From an uncultured bacterium (GTDB lineage: Bacteria > CSSED10-310 > CAZUFC01), in NCBI GenBank assembly GCA_964619725.1, contig CAZUFC010000018.1:397-64396 (forward strand): DNA of 64,000 nucleotides, given 5' to 3'. The position numbers and the translations under genes are program-made. The notes under the pieces were generated by a model. The model ran no database searches. It saw nothing but the letters and a program-made list of their open reading frames with translations, and was not told where the DNA came from. Shown piece by piece: positions 1-11,600 of the stretch (within the stretch, counting starts at the first letter, position 1; every line of letters starts with the position of its first letter).

Positions 1-192
1 CTAAAATAACCAAACAATCCCTCTAACCAGCCCTAAAATAACCCAGCTATACCCCCAACCAGCCCTAAGATAACCCAACTATACCCCTAACCAGTTCTAA
101 GATAATCCAACTATACCCCTAACCAGCCCTAAAATAACCAAACAATCCCTCTAACCAGCCCTAAAATAACCCAGCTATACCCCTAACCAGCT
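1..192. repeat. 32-bp tandem repeat, 6 imperfect units visible (may continue beyond the window start)
   Basis: Units CTAA(A/G)ATAACC(C/A)A...CCCTAACCAGCC at 1, 33, 65, 97, 129 and 161; units 1 and 5 are identical. There are no spacers, so it is not CRISPR. Confidence 0.95.
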
Positions 193-193
193 C

Positions 194-310
194 AAAAATA
201 ACCCAATCTGACTCCCCCTCTCCATTCATGGAGAGGGGGCCGGGGGGTGAGGTCAAACCACCGAAAACCATAAAAACCGCAAGTCGGCAATCCGGCAAAT
301 ATTTTTTATA
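194..310 (+). repeat. REP-like palindromic element CCCCCTCTCCAT-TC-ATGGAGAGGGGG + CCGGGGGGTGAGG, copy 1
   Basis: 12-bp perfect arms at 214-239; ~110 bp of homology with 6392-6505. Confidence 0.9.
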
Positions 311-451
311 TTGGTTCGCTAAGTCCAACGTTTTAAAAAAAATGTAACCCCGGTTTGAACAGACCCTGAAATAATTTAATCATTTACTGATGCCTGACTT
401 GTTTTATTTCCCGTGCGTGATACCGATAACGACCCCTGTCAAATGCCCCTA

Positions 452-3400
452 TCAAGAGGAATCTTCATTTGAAAGATAAAGTCTTACAACCAAACCAAGG
501 CATAAAATCATCAAAACCAAACCGATATTCCGGCTTGAAGGAATGGAAGGGTATGTTGAAGTCGGAGTAGGCGACGGCGTTTCATCTGGCGCCTGCGTCG
601 GCGAAAAAACAGGACTGTATGTCGACACGGGTGATGGACTGTTTGTGTGCGTCCTCGTGGAGGTTGCCGTTAAAGTCGGCGAAGGACTGACGGTGGAAGT
701 TCTCGTCGGCGTCATTGTGGGGCTCAATGTTGCTGTCGGCGTCATGGTCGGCGTAAAGGTAGCCGGCGGGGTCGCTCCCGTTTCCTGCGGCATGGCTGCG
801 ACTTCGCTGCTTAACGGCCCTTGGTTGTCCCGCACATCGTAAGCCTGAATGGACATGAAATACCACTGATCGTTGGTCAGACCGGTCAAAGTAAAAATAT
901 TCACGTCGCCTGCATCAATGGGCGAAGGTCCTTCAGCCGCGTCCACGCCGTTGTAATTCCCGCTTTCCAGGCCGTAATGAAGTTTATAACCGTCCAGGTC
1001 CTCATCGGGATGAGGCGCCCAGGAAATTATTACCGCTTCGTCCAATGCCTGTGATGTCACTCCTTCTACTCCGCCGATACCGGTCTCTATTATAAATGAA
1101 TGACTGACGTCCAGGGGCATCTCCATCCCTTCGGGGTCCCTGGCTCCCGAAATCCTGATATAATTTTCTCCGTCGCCGGTAAAATAATCAATATCAAAAC
1201 TCCCCGCCCAGGTTTGATCCGTATCCCATATCCCGCCTGTTATCTCATGCTCATCGTACGGCTCATCCTGCCCGAACGTCACCGCCGGTTCGTAATTAGT
1301 GTCCATCGGACGGCTGAAGGTTAATGTGAATATAACTATTTCAGCGCCGACCGGGCTGGGCGGATTCAGATTAACAGACCACAGGTGACCGGGAGCTGAA
1401 ACTTCCGGTTCGGAGCGCCAATAGCCGAAGTCGACGAATCCCATGGCAGCATCGTCATTGAAGTCATAAATCGCTTCTATATTTGAACTGGCTACGGGCC
1501 AGACGTTCTCCGCGGCCATCTCATTTGTGGTGTCTTCACCCCAGTAGGAATATGCCGTATCTAGATGATATTCCGTTTCATTTTTGAAATGATACGTCGC
1601 ACTACCGTAATAGTTGTTGCTGCGATATCTGTATCCCTCCGAATCCGCTGCATCAACGTCGCAATCTTCATTCCCCATGAAATTGTTCGATTCTCGCGGG
1701 AAGAAAGTGGGGGTTGGAGTCGGTACAGGCGTTGGAGTCATATAAGCAGAAGGAATATAATGGACTCCCATGTCGATTATTTCTGAATCCGTTATTTCAT
1801 CCGTTCGGGTGGTCAATTCATCCATGCAAATCAGCCAGGGCATTTCAAAACAGATATTGTGAGAATAATTATCGCCGGCGTTAATGCAGGGACTGTCGAG
1901 CGCTTGCCCGGCATTGATTTGACTTAAATAAAAATCGCCTTCCGGACCAGGAGCGAATAAGGGATCGATATTGAGCATGCCGTCTCCCCAGTAGATTTCA
2001 CTATCTTCAGCCGTATAAATATCGTCCAATCCGCCTTGAACGTCACAATAGCTTACGACTAAAGATGCTTCATCGAGAAGTGCGATGCTTCGTCCCTCTG
2101 CAGCATAATTTTCCCAGAATATACTGTTTGATATAGTTAGTGACTGTCCACAAACTCGATTCTCGATTCAAAATTTAATGCTGGACAGTCACTGCGGTTT
2201 TTGATCCATAAACGAGCGAATTTTTCTTAAGTCAAGGATGGTAATGATTTGCGAGGCAGGGGCGGCGCTTATACTTTGACTGAGCAAATCCGAAGACTGA
2301 CGCAGTATTGGGAAAAATTCGCCGTTTATGGACAAAAACTAGTTAAGGATGAATATTCAGTGCACTGAATAGCGCCTCCATAACCTTCATTTGTTGAATT
2401 ACCATAAATACTGCAATTTATAACAGTTGGACTTGATTGACCATCACAATAAATGCCGGCTCCCCCATCGCTCCCGGCCGAATTATAAGAAATAACGCAA
2501 TTCGTCATTGCCGGCGAGGCGGATTTACAATAAGCGCATCCTCCAGAGGAGTAATTCCAGTTACCTTCAAATATGCAGTCGGCAATTGATGGATTCGTAT
2601 TGAGACAACCGATTGCAGCTCCCGGGCATTCATCATATGCTGAGTAATTTGCTGTAAAAACGGTATCCGTGATGTCGGCGGAATTACAATCATAAAGCAA
2701 AACGCCGCTACCGCTTCCCAATGAACTGTTTTCATAAATATTACACCTGTTTATACTCACATCATTAGCTTTAAAACATGCGATGCCTCCGCCTCCGCGA
2801 CACGTTACGCTGTGCTTTTGGGCTGAGTTCTGATAAATATTTGAGTTTGATATAGCGGCATTGGAACCGTCTGGACAAATAATTCCGCCTCCAATGACGT
2901 TCGCATAGTTGCCGTAAATCTCGCAACCGGTTACATTGAAGGAAACGCCGTCTCCATATATTCCTCCGCCCCGTTGAGCAGTATTTTCAGAAATAGTGCA
3001 TTCTTCTATAATTGAAGTATATTCAGCGCCGCAATAAATTCCTCCGCCGTATCCTTCCCAGGATATATTTCCGGTAATAATGGAGTTTCTTATTATAGGT
3101 GATGAGATATAGCTGCAATAGATACCGCCGCCGTCACCCGCAACTGAACCGTTTTCAATTGTAAATCCGTCAACGACTGAATTTTGGGTTTCTCCGGAAT
3201 GAAAGTAAAAACCGCGTCCGTCGTCTTCACAGTCGATCACGCAATTATCCGGACCGTTTTCTGACATAACGGTAATCGCTGTTCCGGTAAAATCTATGTT
3301 TTTATTCCCGATTCCCGTATATGTTCCGTCCGCAACCAATACCGTGTCGCCTGTGATCGCAGCATCAACCGCTGCCTGTATGAATTCAAAATCCTGAGGA

Positions 3401-6099
3401 ACCCTAAGGATGCCTTTATCTGAAGTTCTACTTCTTTCCCTTTGTATGCCCCGTTCATTTCGCCTAATTTTCCCTTCGTTACTCGCATTCCGTTTGCGGA
3501 AGCTTTCGCTTATTCCTTTGTTACAGGCTATTATGTTATTGACTTTAATGTTTAAGGAATCAATTACGCCGTAATAGCATTCTTCAATATGATTGTACTC
3601 CGCTTTATAAAAACTATCTATGGCTGTTTCGCAGCATTTAACAAAATTGTATCGGGCAATAGGACTTTCAACCGTATTTGAGGAATCATCAGAGAACGCT
3701 ATGCCTGTTCCGCTGCAGTTTTCTATTGTGGAATCCTGCACGACACAGGAATAATGACAGTTTCCATTATGATATATAAAAATTCCGTCCCCTGTGATGT
3801 CATGAAGCATATTGCCGTTTATTTCCAGGTCATCGATGTAGGAGTCTTCGTTAGCATCGTTTATGGAACAGGATAGCCCGCCGCCGTTCGTTATCAAATT
3901 GTTTTCAATAATGCTTTCATCAGGGTTCCAGTTTTTAAAGTAAACATCTATTGCAACGCCTCCTTCAACATTGTTTAATTCGTTACCGCTAAAATAGTTT
4001 GTCATGAGCGATAAAGAAGAAGAGCTATCCTGAACGATGTTGTTTTCGAAGACGGTTTTTCCTGAGTTGTCGTTTACGGCCTTGGTCGCATAAAAGAACC
4101 TGCAGAACCGCATTTCATTCTGTTGAGAGCAGGTATCTTCTAATTCCAGGGCTCCCCATTCGGTCGGCGGATTTATGGAAGTGAAAGTGATGGGTTGCGT
4201 TTCCGAGCCGCCGGCGACGAGTCGGGCGTCATTTCTGAAATAGATATTCGAATTTTCGCCCAGTTTGACGGTCACTCCGGGTTCAATCGTCAACACCGCG
4301 CCGTCGGTCACAAGGACATTGCCCGAAATGAGATATGCGGCGTTTTCTTCCCAGGTAGTGTCGGTATTGATGAAAGTGGGTACGGGATACTCCCAGGAAC
4401 CGGCGGTCAAGATTATATCGAAGTCCCATTCGTTAGAGGCAGAATCCTGTGCATGCAAGTTCAGGTTAATCTCATGACCCGGCGGACATGTATCGGAAAG
4501 CGCCAATTCGAAAGGATCGCTTCCATTGTCTATGTATCGTAATGCTTCGACGTCTCCGAAATCGCTTACGGCGCTGGTGACGGTCACATTGGAATCAGTT
4601 GTGCTGAGCGTACCCTGGACTGATGAAGCATCTCCCCAGGAATTATAGAGGGTGACTACAAGGTCTGCCGTTTCGTTTGGATCAAGGACGCCGTCTTCAT
4701 CGCCGGGATAGGGATCATCAATCATGAAAGAGGCAAATTCAAGCGCAGGTTCTGCAGAGCCGCTCAAGCAATAATAAGCATTAACCCGCCCATTTCCCAG
4801 GAGTCCGGCGTATGAAGGATTATGACCATCCACTGAATCGGCGGTATTAAGCATCTGCGCTTCGACCGAACCGTTGTCCCAGTCTGAGTTGTAAGAAAAA
4901 AGCAATCCTGCGACGCCGGAAACGAAGGGGGCCGCCATGCTTGTTCCTGACCATTGGCTGTAGGCATCGTGATAGGCCGTGCTCATAATGGAGGCTCCCG
5001 GCGCCGCCAAGTCCACCCATTCGCCGTATCCCGACAGTTGGTATTTAACGTCGTTATGGTCCAGGGCAGCCACAGCTATGACATTTTCGCACGCCGCCGG
5101 GTAGAAAGGGTCTTCCACGTCGAAATTGCCGGCTGCTCCCACTATAACGCAGCCTGCATCATGAGCCGCGGTTATCGCATCCTGTAACGACTGAGAATAG
5201 GTCAGGCTTCCCAGGCTGAGGTTTATGACGTCCGCTCCGTTATTCGCTGCATAGTCGACTCCTTCAACGATGTCGGAGTAGGTTCCGTTACCGTCGTCGC
5301 CGAGCGTTTTCACGGACATCAGGCGGCATTCCCAGCAAACTCCTGCCGTACCCTGATTGTTGTTCGTCTCGGCTGCAGCTATTCCCGATGTATGTGTTCC
5401 GTGCCCGTTGTCGTCCTGGGGGGCCGAATCCGAGTTTACGAAATCCCAGCCATTCATGTCGTCGACAAAACCGTTCCCGTCATCGTCCGTTTCATTGTCG
5501 GGTATCTCATCGTCGTTTACCCAGATGTTATTAGCCAGGTCCTCGTGATCCAGATCAATGCCTGTGTCGATCATAGCAATAACGATATTTGATGTGCCCG
5601 TTTCTATTTCCCAGGCCTCCGGAGCATCAATATCCGCATCAGCCGTTCCGCCGGTCTGACCCTCATTATGCAATCCCCATTGCTGATCAAAATATTGATC
5701 GTCCGGGTCCGTCCTGGAACCCCACGACGAAGCGATACCGGCATAATAATTCGGTTCTGCATACTCTACGGACGATATCCGTGAATATTCCAGAGCAATT
5801 TTTTCCATATCCGTTCGGTTGTTGAAATCAAGCAAATAAATTTTCGATAATGATGAACTCTGAAATAATCTGCGGCTTCCCGTTAATCCATATCTGACGT
5901 TCAGCCCGTCGACCGCAAAAATTCCGAATAAAATTGTCCCGTCATCCTTTACGTCCGGTTCCACAGCATGAGTCAATTTTATGATTAATTCACCGGGAAC
6001 ATACTCTGAACCGGCATTTACGCGTTCCTGAAACATACTCGCATTGATAACTATTAATAATGCCTGATAAAAAAAGAAAAACGTCGTTAACTTTTGCAT
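452..6099 (-). pseudogene. Secreted S8 subtilase (~1813 aa if intact) with beta-helix repeats, FN3, PT linker and IPTL-CTERM-like anchor; interrupted by a 200-bp MITE
   Basis: Catalytic motifs IDTGID, HGTHTSG and GTSMAAP. ATG at 6099 with GGAGG RBS. ORFs 2326-6141 and 452-2029 join in frame (...EYSSLT-ISNSIFWENY...) when 2140-2345 is removed. C-terminus is IPSSRNIG + TM helix. Confidence 0.9.
2140..2339. mobile_element. 200-bp MITE, copy 1, 6-bp TSD TAGTTA
   Basis: TIRs GTGACTGTCCACAAAC / GTTTATGGACAAAAAC. TAGTTA at 2134-2139 and 2340-2345. Homologous to 38134-38333. Confidence 0.93.
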
Positions 6100-6391
6100 C
6101 AAAAAAACCTCCCAATTGTCATTCAAACATTGTAATAACATAAAAGTTCATGTCAAATCGGCATCTTTCAGCTATCCGACATCGCTCCGGACCATGATGA
6201 ATCGCATGAAACGGCTGACGAGCCATCATTTCATTTAATAAAGGAGTCAAGGAGACGATATTCACGAATTTTTTTGCAGCGCCGGATGATTCTGTATGGT
6301 CGTGTTGGGGATTGATTAAAAGTAGTGACAGATCAAGCACAGATTACATTTGATTCAAAAAATCGGCGCTACGAAATCTCCCAACCACCTA

Positions 6392-6505
6392 AAAAATAAC
6401 CCAATCTTACTCCCCCTCTCCATTCATGGAGAGGGGGCCGGGGGGTGAGGTCGAGCCACCCAAAACCATAAAAACCGAAAGCCGGTAAGCGAGCAAAGAT
6501 TTTTT
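6392..6505 (+). repeat. REP-like palindromic element, copy 2
   Basis: Palindrome at 6412-6437 identical to 214-239; flanks are homologous. Confidence 0.9.
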
Positions 6506-6531
6506 ATTCAAGGAATAAAGGAAATCACGGA

Positions 6532-6710
6532 AGGCAATGATCACAAATGCATCTTTTGAGGTTACAATTTTTCCGAACATCCCATCATTTGTTTTGATTG
6601 AGATTGTTGTCACTATATTGGCCTCGATTTCGACCCCGATACCGACCCGGATCACTGAAACGAACCGTCAAAAGTTTTGCAAGAAGTGTAACTCGGGTTT
6701 GATCAGACCC
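6532..6710 (+). mobile_element. MITE-like dispersed repeat with GG(G)NNTGATCA(AA) termini
   Basis: Starts GGCAATGATCACAAATGCATCTTTTGAGGTTACAAT and ends GTAACTCGGGTTTGATCAGACCC; internal GA(T/C)(C/A)CC hexamers; many copies in the window. Confidence 0.8.
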
Positions 6711-6795
6711 AATTTTCCTGCAACATCTTTACAACCAAGAAAAAGGCTTTACAATTTAACATGCCGTGTTATTGAGCGTGCGGATCATACGGGAG

Positions 6796-8610
6796 ATGAT
6801 GACGATGGGAGATTTTCCCTGGGAAAGACTGGAAACGTTGAAACTTATGTTTGATCTTCTGAACCGGAGTCCTGACTGGACGACTATGCAACGGGCCTGT
6901 GCGGAGCTTGCGGATTTGGATGAGATGCTGCGGGCTCAGGAGATTACTCAGGAGGAGATATTTCAACGTCTGGAGACGACGGCCAATTTATATTCTCTTG
7001 CTTCGATGTATTATTCCCGTCACGATCAGATCGGTCCGGCGTTGACGATGCTTGAACGGGGGAAGACCCGGATATTACGTGAAAGGGCTGTTCGAGACCA
7101 GGCGCTGTTTTTGCTCCTCAAAGATGATGACAGACGGGAATACGAGCGACTGGCCGGCGAATTGAAAGAAATTGAGGCGGGACGGCAGGGAAAAGCCTCG
7201 GACAGTTTTTTATTTGAAACGTCGAAAAGGATACGCAGCCTGCAGTCTCATTTGATGTCTCTGATCGAGAGAATCCGGCGATATGAACCGGAATTTCTGG
7301 CTCAGGAGTACATAAACTATCAGGACATCATCGCTCGACTGCCTGCCGGCGGGGATACGGCGCTGATCGTTTACAACGTCACCCGGTACGGGACAGCAGC
7401 TTCCATCCTGGCGGGCAAACCGGATGAACCTGTTGAAATGACCTTCATCATTGATGGATTTAGCGACAAGAAATTGAAGGATTACGTTGCACGCTGGATG
7501 GAAGGATACCGGCAATTCAAGACCTGTCCCTGGCGAAACGAATGCCGGCTCAAATGGGGCGCTGCCGTCGAAAAAATAACGGAAGAACTCTTCCGGGAAT
7601 TATTCCAGCCCATCAAACCATGCATCGACGACATCAACCCTGATACGCTCGTTTTTATTCCGCATAAGGCCCTTCATATTTTGCCGCTGCATCTTTTCAA
7701 CCGAGTTGAAGACCGGACAAGAAGATACCTGCTTGAGGATTACCGGATCATATATTCTCCTTCTCTTACTATGCTGGGACGACATATCGGAGATGAAAAG
7801 ACCTTTGGGGCGGATAATTTTGCGACTCTGGTTTCCGATCCCACGGACGAGTTATTCTGGAGCCGGAGAGAAATCGGTTACATCGAACGATTATTCCGGA
7901 ACAAGCGGGTGTTCGAAGGGGCTGCCGCCAGGATAAACGATGTGATGGAATCCGCCGTCCGATCCGGCGTATTACACTTCTCCTGCCATGGAGAATTCGA
8001 TATGAACGATCCGTACGAGTCGCGACTGATCCTGGCGCCGCCGGCCAGGAAGACGTCAGACAGTGCGGATCATAAAAAATCAAGGTCTGACGGCGGCGTT
8101 GCCGGCGACTGCGACGAATTGCCGGGTGAAGCTGTAATCTCTGACCGTCATAAAGAGCGAGAACGAAAAAATTATTCTAACGGAAAGTCGGCGTCTGAAG
8201 AACAGGATAACGATCAAATCCGAAAAATAAGCGTGGGCGGCGAAACGGAACTTCCGGAAGGCGAACGCTGGACGCTGAGGAAAATTTTAAAAGAATTACG
8301 TATTCCTGATGCTCAACTGGCGATGCTTTCGGCCTGCGAATCGGGAATCGTCAATGTGGAAAACTTGCCGGACGAATATATCGGATTGCCGGCAGGATTC
8401 CTGGCCGCCGGCGCACGCAGAGTCGTCAGCAGCCTCTGGATAGTGGACGACAAAAGCACCTTCGAGCTGATGAAAAGATTTTACGATAACCTTATCGGCA
8501 AAAAAATGTCTGCTGCCGATGCGTTAAGAGATGCGCAACTTTATATTAAATCAGAGGTTCAATTTGCGAATCCGTTTTTCTGGGGCGCTTTTCAAATGTC
8601 CGGGTTTTAA
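6796..8610 (+). CDS. CHAT-domain (caspase/separase-clan) cysteine protease
   Basis: HFSCHG (catalytic His), LSACES (catalytic Cys), FIPHKALHILP and C-terminal PFFWGAF. Start at ATG 6796 or 6805 after GGGAG. Confidence 0.9.
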   Translation: MMTMGDFPWERLETLKLMFDLLNRSPDWTTMQRACAELADLDEMLRAQEITQEEIFQRLETTANLYSLASMYYSRHDQIGPALTMLERGKTRILRERAVRDQALFLLLKDDDRREYERLAGELKEIEAGRQGKASDSFLFETSKRIRSLQSHLMSLIERIRRYEPEFLAQEYINYQDIIARLPAGGDTALIVYNVTRYGTAASILAGKPDEPVEMTFIIDGFSDKKLKDYVARWMEGYRQFKTCPWRNECRLKWGAAVEKITEELFRELFQPIKPCIDDINPDTLVFIPHKALHILPLHLFNRVEDRTRRYLLEDYRIIYSPSLTMLGRHIGDEKTFGADNFATLVSDPTDELFWSRREIGYIERLFRNKRVFEGAAARINDVMESAVRSGVLHFSCHGEFDMNDPYESRLILAPPARKTSDSADHKKSRSDGGVAGDCDELPGEAVISDRHKERERKNYSNGKSASEEQDNDQIRKISVGGETELPEGERWTLRKILKELRIPDAQLAMLSACESGIVNVENLPDEYIGLPAGFLAAGARRVVSSLWIVDDKSTFELMKRFYDNLIGKKMSAADALRDAQLYIKSEVQFANPFFWGAFQMSGF

Positions 8611-8665
8611 TTTCTGATCCGCGGTTATGCGCCTTGTCGCATAACCGCGGATCAGAAATTAAAAC
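8604..8665. terminator. Perfect 28-bp inverted repeat between convergent genes (bidirectional terminator or palindromic insert)
   Basis: GTTTTAATTTCTGATCCGCGGTTATGCG-ccttgt-CGCATAACCGCGGATCAGAAATTAAAAC; the arms contain both stop codons. Confidence 0.7.
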
Positions 8666-11600
8666 TGCTTTTTCCACTCTTCAATCACTAATCTGTTCAG
8701 TGGAGCATTAAGGACATTTAGCCGACCGTCCGGCTCTTTTATTCTGTCGGTATGACCTTTCAGAATTTGGTAGGCTTTGTTCAGATATTTTCTGGCCTTT
8801 TCCTGATCTTCTTCCTTAAGGACCAGGAAGCGGGTGAAGTATATCTGTCCAATGTCGGGCAGGGCGGCGGACCATTTTGATTCATTGATTTTCAGCCATT
8901 CTGCGGTTTTTTGCGACATATTGCGGGCCTTGTTTTTTTCTCCCGTCAGATGGAGCAGTCTCGCCAGCATGGATTTCGCCATCATGATCATGTATTCCTG
9001 TTCTGTTTCCGACAGGAGTATTACCGATTTCCTAAAGCAGTCTGCGGCTTCCGCGTATTGTTTTCCGACATAAAACAGAATGCCTGATTTTATCAGGGAA
9101 TGACCTTCGCCGTGAAAATCTTCTATTTCTCTTTTCATCTTCAGTGATTTCTGATAGAGAGCTTCGGCCTGCTCAAGCTGATTCATGGAAAAACGAACAT
9201 CTCCCAGCGCACTGATAATGTATGCTTCGGAACGGCGATTTCCGACTTTTTTCCTGAGATTCCTGGACTGGGCGTAAAGCTCCAGGGCTTTTTCGAATTG
9301 CCCCTTACGCAAAAGCGTTTTGCCCAGGTTTGCCAGAACGATATACCGGCCTTTTTTTTCCTTTAATTCTTTAAAAATGTTCAGCGCCTCATTAAAATAA
9401 TCCTGCCCTTGTTCATATTCGCCCTGGAAAAGATGTATTTCTCCGATGTTGTTCAGACAGAAGGCTTCATTGCTGCGAAAATTGATTTCTCTGCTGATTT
9501 TCAGGGCTTCTTCGTATTTTAATAAGGCCTGTTTCCATTCTCCCCCGGCGAAATGAAGCTTTCCTATATTCAGGACGGCTCCGCATACTCCTGTTTTATT
9601 ATCCAGTTCCTGGTGTCTGAGGAGCGATCTTTTCATGCACTGTGAGGATATGTCGTATCTGCCGTCTTTGTAATGGATCATTCCCACGTTGTTCAATACT
9701 TCCGCTTCACGTTTTATGCTGCCGAGTTCACGGCTCATAATGAGAGCTTTTTGAAAGTAAGGGAGCGCTTGATGATTCATACCCTGCAGGTACATTATGT
9801 TTCCTATATTCAGGTTTGAGGCGACTATACCGGCCCTGTCCCTTATTTCCTTCCTGAGTTCCAGCGATCGACGGAAATATTTCAGCGCTTCTTCAAAATT
9901 TCCCGTCCGGCAGTATGTGTTTCCCAGGCTGTTGAGAGAGCGTGTTTCCCCTTGAAGATTACCGGTCTCGCTGCTCAAAACCAGGCTATTTTCAAAATAT
10001 TCCATCGCCTTTGAATATTCCGCTTTATTGAAATGCAAAATTCCCATATTGAGCAGCAGGTTGGCTTCATTTCTCCGGTCCTTCGATTTCTTTTTTATTT
10101 CCAGCGCTTCCTGGAAATATTCCAATGCTTCGTCATACCGCCCTCTGCTTTTATGAATAAGTCCCATATTATTCATAGCATCGGCGGCGCCGTTCATATC
10201 ATTGATTCTTTTTCTCACCTCTATGGATTCCAGGTAAAATTCAGAGGCTTTATCGCAGCGTCCCTGCGAATAGTGAATGTTTCCTATGTTATTTAAAGAT
10301 TTGCCTATGCCGGTATGATCGGAAATACTCTGTCTTAATTCAAGCGATTTTTGGTAACATTCATGCGCTTCTTCGATTTTTCCCTGCGAGAAATGCATGG
10401 TTCCGAGGCGATCCAGGGCATCGGCTTCTCCTGTTGCGTCGTCCGCCCGCTTTGCTGAAGCCAGGCTTTCCTCAAAATCCAGCATCGCTTCGGCTGTTTT
10501 GCCGAGCCTGGCGTATGCTTCACCGCGAGCCAGGAGAATTCCGATTTTTTGGGGATCGTCGTCATTAATTATTTCATCTGCCCTGGTGAATGAATACAGC
10601 GCGGACTTGTGATCGTATGAACTGAGGGCCTGCCGCCCCGCTCTTTGAAAATAATCCGCTGCTTTGGCATCATTGCCGGCCCGCAACCAGTGCTCTGCTA
10701 TATCGCGACAATGCGGTTCCATGTCTTCTGAGAAAAAATGTTCCAGCCCTTCCGCACATATTCTGTGGAGAATGCGGAGGTTGGAATGCAGGAGCGTATT
10801 GTAGGCTGCTTCCCTGATGATTGCGTGCCTGAAGGTGTAGAGTTGAGTTTTTTCGTCATAGGCAGCAGAAGCCGGTACAGCATTTTTCATTGAGCCGGAT
10901 GAAGGGTAAGCGTCTGTCTTTGACGAAACTGAGTCGGCGGTTTCAGTCGTTTTAATAATAAAATTGAGGGATTCCAGCATATCCAGCGCTTCTTTTAAAT
11001 CGGTATTACCTTCAAGTTTTTGTTCAATCCATTGAAGAATACCATGAGAAAAATCACGTCCGTAAACCGATGCGCGCTGGAGTATATTTTTTTCCGGTTC
11101 CTCCAGCAGGTCTATTCTTTCAAGCGCCAGATTCTGCAGGGTTGCAGGAATGCGGCCCAGTTCTTCCCGGCTTCTGAATTTCCAGCCTTCCCTGGTTCTG
11201 ACGATGATCCCCGTGTCCATAAAATGCTGAATGAGCTCTTCCACGAAAAAGGGATTGCCTTCAGTTCGTCCCCGCAGGATCGTGAGAAGTTCCTCGGGCG
11301 TTTCGATTCCTCCCAGCATACTTTGAATCATCAGTATTTCATCGTCTCTAGTCAATGGTTTGAGTTTCAGCGTCCCTGTTTTCACCCGCGTTTTCATCAC
11401 TTCAGGAAGTTCGACGCCGGGACGATGAGGCAATATGATCATGAGAGGCAGGAAGGTTTTTGCTGATGAAAGCAGAAACCGCAACGCTTCTTTCGAAGGA
11501 TCGTCAGCCCAGTGATAATCTTCCCAGATCATTATGAAGGGTCTTTTTCCGTAATGATGATTCCTCTGCGCCAGCGTTTCCATGAAAGTTCTGAACGCTA

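Noticed and set aside
1-192. CRISPR array
   Set aside because: Units are contiguous with no unique spacers, and there are no cas genes in the window.
452-2029. Independent 525-aa gene
   Set aside because: No signal peptide or RBS; it is the 3' part of the MITE-split protease gene.
6407-6655. 82-aa ORF ending SPPGPLSMNGEGE, and similar ORFs (30021-30263 DPDPD, 20592-20795 KGPKGP)
   Set aside because: These are translations of non-coding repeats.
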